NCBI GenBank assembly: GCA_965206595.1
Contig: OZ242214.1
Coordinates: forward strand, 1,792,001-1,856,000
Length of the DNA: 64,000 bases
Direction of reading: 5' to 3'
DNA from: Candidatus Latescibacterota bacterium
Lineage (GTDB): Bacteria > Latescibacterota > UBA2968 > UBA8231
In this document: positions 47,527 through 56,207 of the stretch, one piece after another
Numbering within the stretch: the stretch's first letter is position 1
Layout: the number at the start of each line of letters is the position of its first letter
Notes under the pieces: generated by a model
Seen by the model: the letters and a program-made list of their open reading frames with translations, nothing else
What the model was told of the DNA's origin: nothing
Database searches by the model: none
Made by a program: the position numbers and the translations under genes

Positions 47527-48474
47527 TCAGGAATCGCCACGCTTCCGGCGCTGCATCCTTCTGATAAGCCGCTTGTTGAACTCCAGGGCGGCGTTATAGC
47601 CGTCGAGACGCAGCAGGTAGTTAAAAGCTATGGCTTCGGCTATCACGGTGATGTTTTTCCCGGGGAAGATGGGCACCGTAATCTCCGGAACTTCGACCCC
47701 GAGGATGAATTTCCCCTTGTCGTCGATCCCGATGCGTTCGTAGTCGAAGTCCGCCTGCCAGTCTACCAGGGTCACCATCACTTCCACCCTCTTCTGCCGG
47801 CGAGTGCCCCCGATTCCGAACAGCCTCTTGACGTCGACGACGCCGATGCCTCGAATCTCCATGTGATCCTGGAGCAGTTCCGGGCTGCGTCCCACGAGAA
47901 TACCCTGCGCCTGCCTTGTGACTATCACGGTGTCATCGGCGACCAGGCGGTGCCCCCTTTCCACCAGATCAAGGCCGATCTCGCTCTTGCCAATGGAACT
48001 GCGACCGACAACGAGAAGACCGACTCCGTGGACGTCGACGAGGGTGCCGTGCATGGTGACCTGGGGAGAGAACACCGGGTCGAGGTAGAAGTGCAGGAGG
48101 TGGATGAACTTGGTCGTGTCGAATTCCGTCCTGAGCAGGGGGATGTTGTTCTTGTTGGCGAGGATTCTCAACTCGGGAAGCATGCGGCCGCGGCCGGTAA
48201 CTACGATACAGGGCAGTTCGAACTGGTAGATGATCTCCAACGCCTGCAGGCGCTGGTCCGGAGGCAGGCTGCGCAGGTAGTCGATTTCGAGATTGCCTAG
48301 GATCTGAACGGGAGCGAATGTGAAGACCTCGACAAAACCGGTAAGGGTCAGACCCGGACGATGGGCGTCCGCACTGTTGATGGTTCGTCCCATCCCCTTG
48401 TCGCCGGCAAGCAGACGCAGGCCCAGCGGGCGCCCGTACTGTTTCAGCAAGGAGTCTATCGTCAATTCTGACAT
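47527..48474 (-). CDS. hprK: HPr(Ser) kinase/phosphorylase
   Basis: RPGL.LTG, HGTLVDV, GRSSIGKSE, LVADD, MEIRGIG. Confidence 0.96.
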   Translation of the reverse strand: MSELTIDSLLKQYGRPLGLRLLAGDKGMGRTINSADAHRPGLTLTGFVEVFTFAPVQILGNLEIDYLRSLPPDQRLQALEIIYQFELPCIVVTGRGRMLPELRILANKNNIPLLRTEFDTTKFIHLLHFYLDPVFSPQVTMHGTLVDVHGVGLLVVGRSSIGKSEIGLDLVERGHRLVADDTVIVTRQAQGILVGRSPELLQDHMEIRGIGVVDVKRLFGIGGTRRQKRVEVMVTLVDWQADFDYERIGIDDKGKFILGVEVPEITVPIFPGKNITVIAEAIAFNYLLRLDGYNAALEFNKRLIRRMQRRKRGDS

Positions 48475-49382
48475 CAGGCTGTCCGCTCTGGAAGGCTTTC
48501 CTGAATACGCTTGAATCCTTCGTAGCGCAGGCCCGTTATCGTCCCGGACTCCACCGCTTCTCGAATCGCACACCCGGGCTCTTGGATGTGGGTGCAGTCC
48601 CGGAACCGGCAATGCCCGGTCAACGGCACCATTTCGACAAAATACTTGATGAGCTGGCCGCGGTTAACTCCCCAAGGTTGCAGTGACTTTACACCAGGGG
48701 TGTCGGCGACGTAACCGCCCCGCGGCAGCCGGTGAAGATGTACGGAAGAAGTGGTATGGCGCCCGCGGTCGTGTCTCTTCATCAACCCGGAGGTAGGAAG
48801 GTTCAGGCTCGGATCGATGCAGTTGAGAATCGTCGATTTGCCGACCCCGGACTGTCCGACGAGCGCCGAGACGCGGCCGGCAAGCATTTTTGTCAAGTCG
48901 TCGATTCCCTCCCCTGTCCGGGCTGAGGTGAGAAGTACGCGATATCCCAGGTCCCCATATATGCGCTCGACCCCATGCACAGCCGGGCCCTCTGTGAGGT
49001 CGATTTTGTTGAAGCAGATCAGGGGCTCGACCTTTCCCTCCTGGGCCATCACCAGGGCGCGGTCAATGAACCCCGGGCGGACGGCGGGTTTGCGGGCGGC
49101 GACAACCACAGCGAAGCAATCGACATTCGCAGCGAGAATCTGCTCACATGGCCGGCTTCCCGACATTGCACGCGAGAGCTTGGAATGCCTGGGATGCCGG
49201 TTCTCGATCACACCGGTCGATTCGGTCGTAGGCTCGAATTCAACCCAGTCCCCGGTAGCTACAGGAGACTGGACGTCTCGCCTCCCGACTTTCAACCGCC
49301 CTCGAATCTCGCACTGCCAACTCCTGCCATCCGCCTCGACGGTCGATTGCAACCCGGATACCCGCAACACAAGCCCCTTCAT
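48474..49382 (-). CDS. rsgA: Ribosome small subunit-dependent GTPase A
   Basis: NKID, GQSGVGKS, GRHTT, DTPG, CRFRDCTH..EPGC. Confidence 0.96.
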   Translation of the reverse strand: MKGLVLRVSGLQSTVEADGRSWQCEIRGRLKVGRRDVQSPVATGDWVEFEPTTESTGVIENRHPRHSKLSRAMSGSRPCEQILAANVDCFAVVVAARKPAVRPGFIDRALVMAQEGKVEPLICFNKIDLTEGPAVHGVERIYGDLGYRVLLTSARTGEGIDDLTKMLAGRVSALVGQSGVGKSTILNCIDPSLNLPTSGLMKRHDRGRHTTSSVHLHRLPRGGYVADTPGVKSLQPWGVNRGQLIKYFVEMVPLTGHCRFRDCTHIQEPGCAIREAVESGTITGLRYEGFKRIQESLPERTA

Positions 49383-49388
49383 CCGCGA

Positions 49389-50111
49389 CTATTCCCCTCT
49401 TCCCAGGCGCTCGGCAAGGTATTCGGGCAAGTCCGCCTGGCGCAGTTTCTCCTGGGTCCTCTCGACGGGGTACTCGACCCGGAGCAACTGGACGTACTCC
49501 GCGTCTACGTCCCAGAGGGCGTAGGATGCCCTGCAGTCCCCGTCTCGGGGCTGTCCGACGCTCCCGGGGTTGATGAGGTAGCGATGCGGTCCCACCGAGA
49601 CTTCCGATGAAGTCAGCGAAGTCACCTGGCTGCCTGTACCGCAATGGATCGCCGGGCAGTGGGTATGGCCGACGAAGGCGAGCCTCCAGTCAAGCCTCTC
49701 GAGGCACCAGGCGATGTCTCGGTGCAGAATCATGTGCAGCCAGTTCTCCGGCCGGACCGGGTTGGCGTGGGCGAAAACGGCATCGTATTTGACGTGCCGG
49801 AATCCGAAATGGCGGATGTAGTCGAGTTCGACTTCGGAAACGAGATTGCGTGATCTCGATATCGTGTTGCGGGCCAATGCGTTGAAGCAACGGATCTGTC
49901 TGCCATCGACAAGGGCCTGGTCGTGATCTCCGAGCACGCACACAAACTCGTTCTCGCGAAGTCGGTTGACGCAGGCGACAGGATCCGCGCCGTAACCGAC
50001 GATATCGCCGACGGCGATGAAGTGATCGGCCCCCTCGTTTTCCGCTGCGATCAAGACCGCCTCGAGGGCTTCGAGGTTGGCGTGAATATCTGCGAGGATG
50101 GCGTATTTCAA
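49389..50111 (-). CDS. Metallophosphoesterase (calcineurin-like)
   Basis: DIHAN, GDIVGYG, GDHD, GHTH, NPGSVGQPRDG. Confidence 0.92.
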   Translation of the reverse strand: MKYAILADIHANLEALEAVLIAAENEGADHFIAVGDIVGYGADPVACVNRLRENEFVCVLGDHDQALVDGRQIRCFNALARNTISRSRNLVSEVELDYIRHFGFRHVKYDAVFAHANPVRPENWLHMILHRDIAWCLERLDWRLAFVGHTHCPAIHCGTGSQVTSLTSSEVSVGPHRYLINPGSVGQPRDGDCRASYALWDVDAEYVQLLRVEYPVERTQEKLRQADLPEYLAERLGRGE

Positions 50112-50186
50112 CGGCGATTCGGCGGCGGTCCCGCGGCCTACCTCTTTTCAGAGGTGGTTTCTGGGGCGCGGGTTGTTGCCGCTCCG

Positions 50187-51122
50187 CTAGAAAAGAGCAC
50201 TGATGGAGGTCTCTTCGTGAATCGCCTTTATCGCGTTGGCGAAGTGTTCGGCTACGGAACAGACAGTGAGCTTGGAATGCTTCTCCTCGGGAGCCTGCGG
50301 GATGGTGTCGGTCACCGTCAACCCGGCAAGAATGGACTTGCCAATCTTGGGGAGGGCGGATTCAGCGAGGGTACCGTGAACGCATCCGGCGTAGATCGCC
50401 TCAGCGCCTCTTTCCTTCAAGGCCTCGGAACCGGCGATTACGGAGTCCCCTGTTATGATCTCGTCGTCGAAGAGGATAGCATTCTTCCCCTCGACGTCCC
50501 CGATGGCGCCCATGACCCGGACCTCCCCCTCCGGAGTTCGCCGGTTGTCGAGGACGACGAGAGGTAATCCCAGATGACGAGCGTACTCTTCCGTGACTTT
50601 GGCGCGACTGATATCCGGTGCGACAGCGACCGCGTTCTCAATGTCCCGGCTGCGAAAGTTCTCGCATATGGTAGAAACCCCGCTGAGCTGATCGATTGGG
50701 ATTCTGCAGAACCCCATGATCTGCGGGCTGTGAAGAGTCATGGTTAGGATGCGGTCCGCACCGGCCTCGGTGAGAAGGTCGGCCATCAGCCGGCCGGCGA
50801 CCGATATGCGAGGTTCGTCCTTGCTGTCTGCGAGCGAGTATGGGTAGTAAGGCAGTACTGCGGTGATTCGTCCGGCGGACGCGAACTTCATCGCGTCGAG
50901 GGCGATGAGCAGTTCCATAAGGTGCTCGCTGACCGGGGCGCAGGAGGTCTGAATGAAAAAAACGTCGCAGCCGCGGACGTTCTCGCAGATCTTGACCTTG
51001 AGATTTTCGTTGCTGAAGCGAACGGTCTCGAGGCCCCCCGGTGCCACCCCCAGCGATTCGCAGATCCGGGCGGCGAGGTCTGGATTGCTGTTGCCGGCGA
51101 AGACCTTGAGCTTGTTGGTCAT
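50187..51122 (-). CDS. Ribose-phosphate pyrophosphokinase-like protein with degenerate active-site motifs
   Basis: Full PRS-like sequence but YSLADSK, APDISRA, LDNRR, DDEIITGDS in place of YARQDRK, SPDxGG, DKRR, DDxxxTGGT. Confidence 0.8.
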   Translation of the reverse strand: MTNKLKVFAGNSNPDLAARICESLGVAPGGLETVRFSNENLKVKICENVRGCDVFFIQTSCAPVSEHLMELLIALDAMKFASAGRITAVLPYYPYSLADSKDEPRISVAGRLMADLLTEAGADRILTMTLHSPQIMGFCRIPIDQLSGVSTICENFRSRDIENAVAVAPDISRAKVTEEYARHLGLPLVVLDNRRTPEGEVRVMGAIGDVEGKNAILFDDEIITGDSVIAGSEALKERGAEAIYAGCVHGTLAESALPKIGKSILAGLTVTDTIPQAPEEKHSKLTVCSVAEHFANAIKAIHEETSISALF

Positions 51123-51147
51123 TTTTCCTCCGCAGGCAGCGAGCTGT

Positions 51148-51810
51148 TCACAGCCTCCTCAGATGCTCGCGGGCCTTTGCGACTACGGGAGATGTCGGAA
51201 AATCCCGCGCGATTCGCCGCAGCGCCTCCTTCTGCGCCGCGGCATCGCCGGCCAAAGCGTAACAGCGGGAAGCGCTCATCAGGGCCAAGGATGCCTGCTG
51301 CCCCTCGTACCGGTCTGCATACTGCGCGTATTTCTTGGCGGCCTGGGCGAACTGGCCCTGCGATTCGAGGCAGGCCGCTACCCCGCTCCAAGCAGCGAAC
51401 ACGAGAACGTCGACATCTCCGTATTCCTCCAGGCCGGTCTCGTACAGACGCTGGGCTTCGTCGAGCCGACCCTGCTGGAAGTAGCGGTTGGCGAGGTAGA
51501 GCACCCCTTGGGCGGCTGCGGGCGTCCCACGGTGTTCCCTGATCAGGTTTTCGGCGATTTCCAACGCCTGCGCAACCTCCCCGTTGGCGTCCGCCATCAA
51601 CACCTGGCCGAACGATGTCGACGCCTGCAGGCGCGCCTCTTCCTCAGCGCTGCGAAGATAGCCTATCAGCACGACGGTTACCGCTACCGCTGCTGCCGCG
51701 GCAATGACGAACTGCATCCGCTCTTTCAGGAAGTCCGCGGCCTGCATGATCCACTCGACGAAGCGGTCTTCCTCAAGCTCTGCTCTGGTAGGTCTTTCAC
51801 TTCTTGCCAT
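51148..51810 (-). CDS. Membrane-anchored TPR protein (YfgM-like)
   Basis: ELEEDRF N-terminus, single TM, TPR helices. Confidence 0.8.
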   Translation of the reverse strand: MARSERPTRAELEEDRFVEWIMQAADFLKERMQFVIAAAAAVAVTVVLIGYLRSAEEEARLQASTSFGQVLMADANGEVAQALEIAENLIREHRGTPAAAQGVLYLANRYFQQGRLDEAQRLYETGLEEYGDVDVLVFAAWSGVAACLESQGQFAQAAKKYAQYADRYEGQQASLALMSASRCYALAGDAAAQKEALRRIARDFPTSPVVAKAREHLRRL

Positions 51811-51822
51811 CAGGCACCTTTG

Positions 51823-52368
51823 TCAGTCGCGATACTGGATTACCGACTCGACGCGGTACTGGGCGAGCCGGTCGCGCCCCCGGAGAGCATTCAGCTCAAC
51901 GAGGAAGCAGACAGCTGCAATATTTGCTTCAAGTTGTTCGAGCAGGCGGCAGGAAGCAGCCATTGTGCCGCCCGTGGCGAGAACGTCGTCGACAACCAGC
52001 ACCCGATCCCCCGGTTTCAAGGCATCGCGGTGAATTTCCACCGCCGCGGTCCCGTATTCCAATTCGTACTCTTCACCGACGACGGCCGCAGGCAGCTTTC
52101 CCGACTTCCGGACCGGAACAAACCCGCAATCGAGGGAAACGGCGATGGGAGCCCCGAGGATGAATCCGCGCGCTTCAACCCCGACGACCATGTCGACCTC
52201 GGATGGCTCGAAGGGGGCGGCCATGGCCGCCACTGCCGCCCTCAGTCCGCAAGGGTCCTTGAGCAAGGTGGAAATGTCCCGGTACAGTATCCCCGGCTTC
52301 GGAAAGTCGGGGATGTCCCGAATCAATTCAGCCAGCCGATCGGCCTGGATTTTATTGTCGCTGTCCAT
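51823..52368 (-). CDS. apt: Adenine phosphoribosyltransferase
   Basis: IPDFPKPGI, EARGF, RKSGKLP, YELEYG, VDDVLATGGT. Confidence 0.97.
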   Translation of the reverse strand: MDSDNKIQADRLAELIRDIPDFPKPGILYRDISTLLKDPCGLRAAVAAMAAPFEPSEVDMVVGVEARGFILGAPIAVSLDCGFVPVRKSGKLPAAVVGEEYELEYGTAAVEIHRDALKPGDRVLVVDDVLATGGTMAASCRLLEQLEANIAAVCFLVELNALRGRDRLAQYRVESVIQYRD

Positions 52369-52527
52369 ACGGTTCGACCGTCGATCACGGGCATGAAATT
52401 GCCGCGGAGAGGACATCGAAAAACGACGGAACTCACTGTTACTTATTAACATAAGTTGTCAGAGTTCCGGGAGTCAAAGAGCGGACCAAATGGTAGCACG
52501 AAACCTGGTTTCGCGATCTGGAGGATA

Positions 52528-52689
52528 TCAGAACAGCGTGTAGATGAAGGGGGCGAGCGCAGACCCCTCGGTGAGAACGATCAGCATTCCGAGCAGGACA
52601 AGGGTTGCGAAAATCGGTCCCAGCCACCACTTCTTGCGGACCTGCATGAAGGCCCACAACTCGGATATGATGCTGAATCTGCTCGGCAT
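52528..52689 (-). CDS. Small membrane protein, DUF5989/SxtK-like (53 aa), absent from the ORF track
   Basis: MPSRFSIISELWAFMQVRKKWWLGPIFATLVLLGMLIVLTEGSALAPFIYTLF*; GAGGA SD. Confidence 0.88.
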   Translation of the reverse strand: MPSRFSIISELWAFMQVRKKWWLGPIFATLVLLGMLIVLTEGSALAPFIYTLF

Positions 52690-52719
52690 TTCGGTCCTCG
52701 AAAGGCTTGGGGCGTGCCG

Positions 52720-53667
52720 TCAGTCGAGCAGGCGGCTGACCGACTCGCCGTGGTGGATGGCCTTGATTGCATCGCCGAACAGGCGAGCAACCGAGATCAC
52801 TTCGATCTTTTCCGTTTTTGAACCGGTCGGCATCGGCACCGTGTTGGTCTTGAGAAACAGCTCCACCGGGGAGGCCTCGATGCGTGCAATGGCATCACCG
52901 GAAAAAACTCCGTGGGTACATCCGGCAAAGATGCGCCGAGCCCCGCGCTCCTTGAGCAGGCGGATGGCTTCCATCATCGAGCCGCCGGTCAGGACCTCGT
53001 CGTCGAACAGGAGTGCGTCCCGGCCCCCGATGTCTCCTATGACGGTCTGCACCTCGGCTACCTCGTCGTCTCCTTTGCGCCTTTTATCCATGATTGCAAG
53101 AGGAAGCTCGAGGCGGCGGGCGTAATAGTTGGCCTCGTGGGCGCTGCCGACATCGGGAGAAACCACCACCGCGTTGCTGAGATCCCGGGTCCGTAAAAGG
53201 TGATTGCACAACAGGTTGGTCGCCCACAGCTGATCGACGGGGATACGGGAAAAGGCGGCGATCTGGGGCGAGTGCAGGGTCATGGTCAGGATGCGGTCGG
53301 CGCCTGCGGTTTCAAGCAGATCGGCGACGAGGCGCGCGCTGATCGAGATGCGCGGCTCGTCCTTCTTGTCAGAGCGCACGTATGGGTAGTAGGGCAAAAC
53401 CGCCGTTATGCGGCGCGCCGAGGCGTATTTCAGGGCGTCGATGATGAGCAGGAGCTCGATGAAGTTGTCATTCACCGGCGGACAGGAGGTTTGAACGACA
53501 AAGACGTCGTCTTCCCGGACGTTCTCGTTGATCTGCACCTTGATGGTGTCGTTCGAGGCGCGATCGACCGATAGACGTCCGGGGGGGCAGTCGAGATATT
53601 CGCAGATTTCCCTGGCGAGCTCCGGGTTGCTCGATCCCGCCATGATTTTCAGGTAGTTCTTCATCAT
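52720..53667 (-). CDS. prs: Ribose-phosphate pyrophosphokinase
   Basis: YPYVRSDKKD, LHSPQI, SPDVG, DKRR, DDEVLTGGS. Confidence 0.92.
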   Translation of the reverse strand: MMKNYLKIMAGSSNPELAREICEYLDCPPGRLSVDRASNDTIKVQINENVREDDVFVVQTSCPPVNDNFIELLLIIDALKYASARRITAVLPYYPYVRSDKKDEPRISISARLVADLLETAGADRILTMTLHSPQIAAFSRIPVDQLWATNLLCNHLLRTRDLSNAVVVSPDVGSAHEANYYARRLELPLAIMDKRRKGDDEVAEVQTVIGDIGGRDALLFDDEVLTGGSMMEAIRLLKERGARRIFAGCTHGVFSGDAIARIEASPVELFLKTNTVPMPTGSKTEKIEVISVARLFGDAIKAIHHGESVSRLLD

Positions 53668-53718
53668 CCCTCTACCACTGTCTAACCGCCCGAGGTCGGA
53701 GCTGACGAAACTTCTTGA

Positions 53719-54753
53719 TCAGCCGAGGCCGGCGGCGACATCTCTGGCGAAGTAGGTGATGATCAGGTCTGCCCCCGCCCGCTTGATACCGAGCAGAATT
53801 TCGTCTCTGATGCGTACCTCGTCGATCCAGCCCTTCTCCGCTGCGGCTTTGACCATGGCGAATTCCCCGCTGACGTTGTAGGCAGCCAGGGGAACATCGA
53901 AACGCCGGCGCGCTTCGCGCAGCACATCGAGGTACGCGAGCGCCGGCTTGACCATGATGATATCGGCACCTTCCGCCAGATCGAGCTCGATCTCCCGCAT
54001 CGCCTCGCGGCTGTTGGGGGGATCCATCTGGTAGCCGCGTCTGTCGCCCCTCTGCGGTGCCGACTCCGCAGCTTCCCGAAACGGGCCGTAGAATGCGGAG
54101 GCGTACTTTGCAGCGTACGACATGATCGGCACGCGCGAAAAACCGTTGCAGTCGAGCACCGCCCTGATTCTTCCGATTCGCCCATCCATCATGTCGGATG
54201 GGGCTATCATGCCAGCCCCGGCCTCGGCGTAGACCAGAGCCTCCCGCCCCAGCAACTCCACGGTGCGATCGTTGTCGACCTCGAGGCCGCCAGGGATCGC
54301 TTCCTGTCGGAGAACGCCGCAGTGCCCATGATCCGTGTACTCGCAAAGGCAGACATCGGCGATGACGAGCAGGTTCAGGCCGGCGTCCTTGATTGCGCGG
54401 ATCGCCGCGGGAACGACACCGTTCGGGTCGTAACCGGAAGTGCCCACTGCATCCTTTTCCCCGGGAATCCCGAACAGGAGGACGGATGGAATCCCCAGGC
54501 CGGCGACCTCGCGGCATTGCTCGACGAGGAGGTCGACCGAGAGCTGGTGGTTCCCCGGCATCGACCGGATCTCGCGCTGCACCCCCTCTCCCGGACAGAC
54601 GAAGAACGGCATAACCAGATCTTCGGCCCGCACGCTAGTCTCGCGAACCATGCTGCGGATGAGGCGATTTCCACGCAGGCGCCGGGGCCGATGCGGACCG
54701 ATTTCCGAAAGCGACTGCTCGAAGGCCGGGATCCCGACCGGTTCACCCTTCAT
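53719..54753 (-). CDS. hemB: Porphobilinogen synthase
   Basis: RPRRLR, DVCLCEYTDHGHCG, PSDMMDG, MVKPA, YNVSGE. Confidence 0.97.
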   Translation of the reverse strand: MKGEPVGIPAFEQSLSEIGPHRPRRLRGNRLIRSMVRETSVRAEDLVMPFFVCPGEGVQREIRSMPGNHQLSVDLLVEQCREVAGLGIPSVLLFGIPGEKDAVGTSGYDPNGVVPAAIRAIKDAGLNLLVIADVCLCEYTDHGHCGVLRQEAIPGGLEVDNDRTVELLGREALVYAEAGAGMIAPSDMMDGRIGRIRAVLDCNGFSRVPIMSYAAKYASAFYGPFREAAESAPQRGDRRGYQMDPPNSREAMREIELDLAEGADIIMVKPALAYLDVLREARRRFDVPLAAYNVSGEFAMVKAAAEKGWIDEVRIRDEILLGIKRAGADLIITYFARDVAAGLG

Positions 54754-54958
54754 CGCCTACCCTCCAGTGTCCTGTCCCGGAAACAGATTTTAAGAAATGG
54801 GGCGGCGAGCCGGGATGGATCGGCGGAAGAATTGCGGATATTGACGGGACAGGACACTGGTCCAACCTGACACCGTTGAGAACGTCGCCAAATCTTTGAT
54901 CGATGAAATGCTACCACCATCCGGAATATGCAACCTTCGCGCCGGGCAGGATTCAACC

Positions 54959-56206
54959 TCAAGCCGGGGCCAGAGCCGACTCCATGTCACCAATGAGATC
55001 TTCGGGGTCCTCGATGCCGACGGAATACCGTATCAGCTCGTCGGTAATTCCGATGGCCTGCCGATCCTCCCAGCTCAGATCGTAGTACGAAATCGTCGCC
55101 GGATGCGATACCAGGGTCTCGACACCCCCGAGACTGGGTGCCAGATAGGGTATCGTCAACCTGTGGACGAAATTCCTGGCCGTCTCCAGGTCGCCGTCGA
55201 GGTCGAAACTGACGACCCCTCCGAACCCGTGCATCTGTCTTCTGGCGACTTCGTGATCGGGATGGCTGGGAAGACCCGGGTAATAGACCCGTTTGACCTT
55301 GGAGTGGGCTTCGAGGAAGGCTGCGATTCTCAGCGCGCTGTCGTTCTGCCTGGCCATGCGGACGGCCAGGGTTTTCAGTCCCCGGATGAGCAGGTAGCTC
55401 GATTGCGGGTCGGCAATGGTACCGACGATGTCGCGGAACTCCTTGATGGCAGAGATGATTCCCTCGGCGCCGCACACCGATCCCGCCATCAGGTCGTTGT
55501 GTCCCCCGAGGTACTTGGTGGCGCTGTGGAAGACGAGGTCGACGCCGAAGTCGAGGGGACACTGGTTCATCGGGGTCGCAAAGGTGCTGTCGATCAGGAC
55601 CTTGAGCCGGCGCTCCCCGGCGAAGGCGACCAGTTTCTCCAGGTCGACGACGTGAAGATGCGGGTTGGTGGGCGACTCGGTGAAGATCAGGCGCGTATTC
55701 GGCTGCAGGACCTGCTGCAGCTCGTCGAAATCCCCGGGGCGCACGAAGCTGCTCTCGATGCCGAATTTGCCCAGGACGTTGCACAGCTGCACGGTGCGCC
55801 GGTAGCAGTCCTCCATTACTACCAGGTGCTGGCCTGAACGCAGCATCGCCAGCAGCGCGGTCGAGATTGCACTCATCCCGGAGGAGAACAGCAGCGCCTG
55901 CGCGGCGTGGTCCAGATCGGCGAGTTTCCTTTCTGCGGCGGCCAGGGTCGGGTTGCCGTAGCGGCCGTATTCGTACTGCGTCCGCTCCCCCGCCTTGTAG
56001 GCCTCGAACTCGTCGAGCGTATCGAAGACGAAGGTCGAAGTCTGCGCTATGGGGTTGGTCAGGGACTTGGCTCCCTTGACCCGGTCCTCCCCTCCGTGAA
56101 CGGAGCGCGTCGATGCTCCGGGGCGCGCCCTGGATGGAGGGCCCGCAGCGGGGGTGGTTTCCCCTTCCCGCGACTCGAAAGATTTCCCGGACACCGACTT
56201 CCCCAA
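54959..56206 (-). CDS. metB: Cystathionine gamma-synthase, plant-like (Cys/Met metabolism PLP enzyme)
   Basis: YEYGRYGNPT, DCYRRT, ESPTNP, SATKYLGGHND, IPYLAPSLGG, ISYYDL. Confidence 0.8.
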   Translation of the reverse strand: MGKSVSGKSFESREGETTPAAGPPSRARPGASTRSVHGGEDRVKGAKSLTNPIAQTSTFVFDTLDEFEAYKAGERTQYEYGRYGNPTLAAAERKLADLDHAAQALLFSSGMSAISTALLAMLRSGQHLVVMEDCYRRTVQLCNVLGKFGIESSFVRPGDFDELQQVLQPNTRLIFTESPTNPHLHVVDLEKLVAFAGERRLKVLIDSTFATPMNQCPLDFGVDLVFHSATKYLGGHNDLMAGSVCGAEGIISAIKEFRDIVGTIADPQSSYLLIRGLKTLAVRMARQNDSALRIAAFLEAHSKVKRVYYPGLPSHPDHEVARRQMHGFGGVVSFDLDGDLETARNFVHRLTIPYLAPSLGGVETLVSHPATISYYDLSWEDRQAIGITDELIRYSVGIEDPEDLIGDMESALAPA

Positions 56207-56207
56207 T

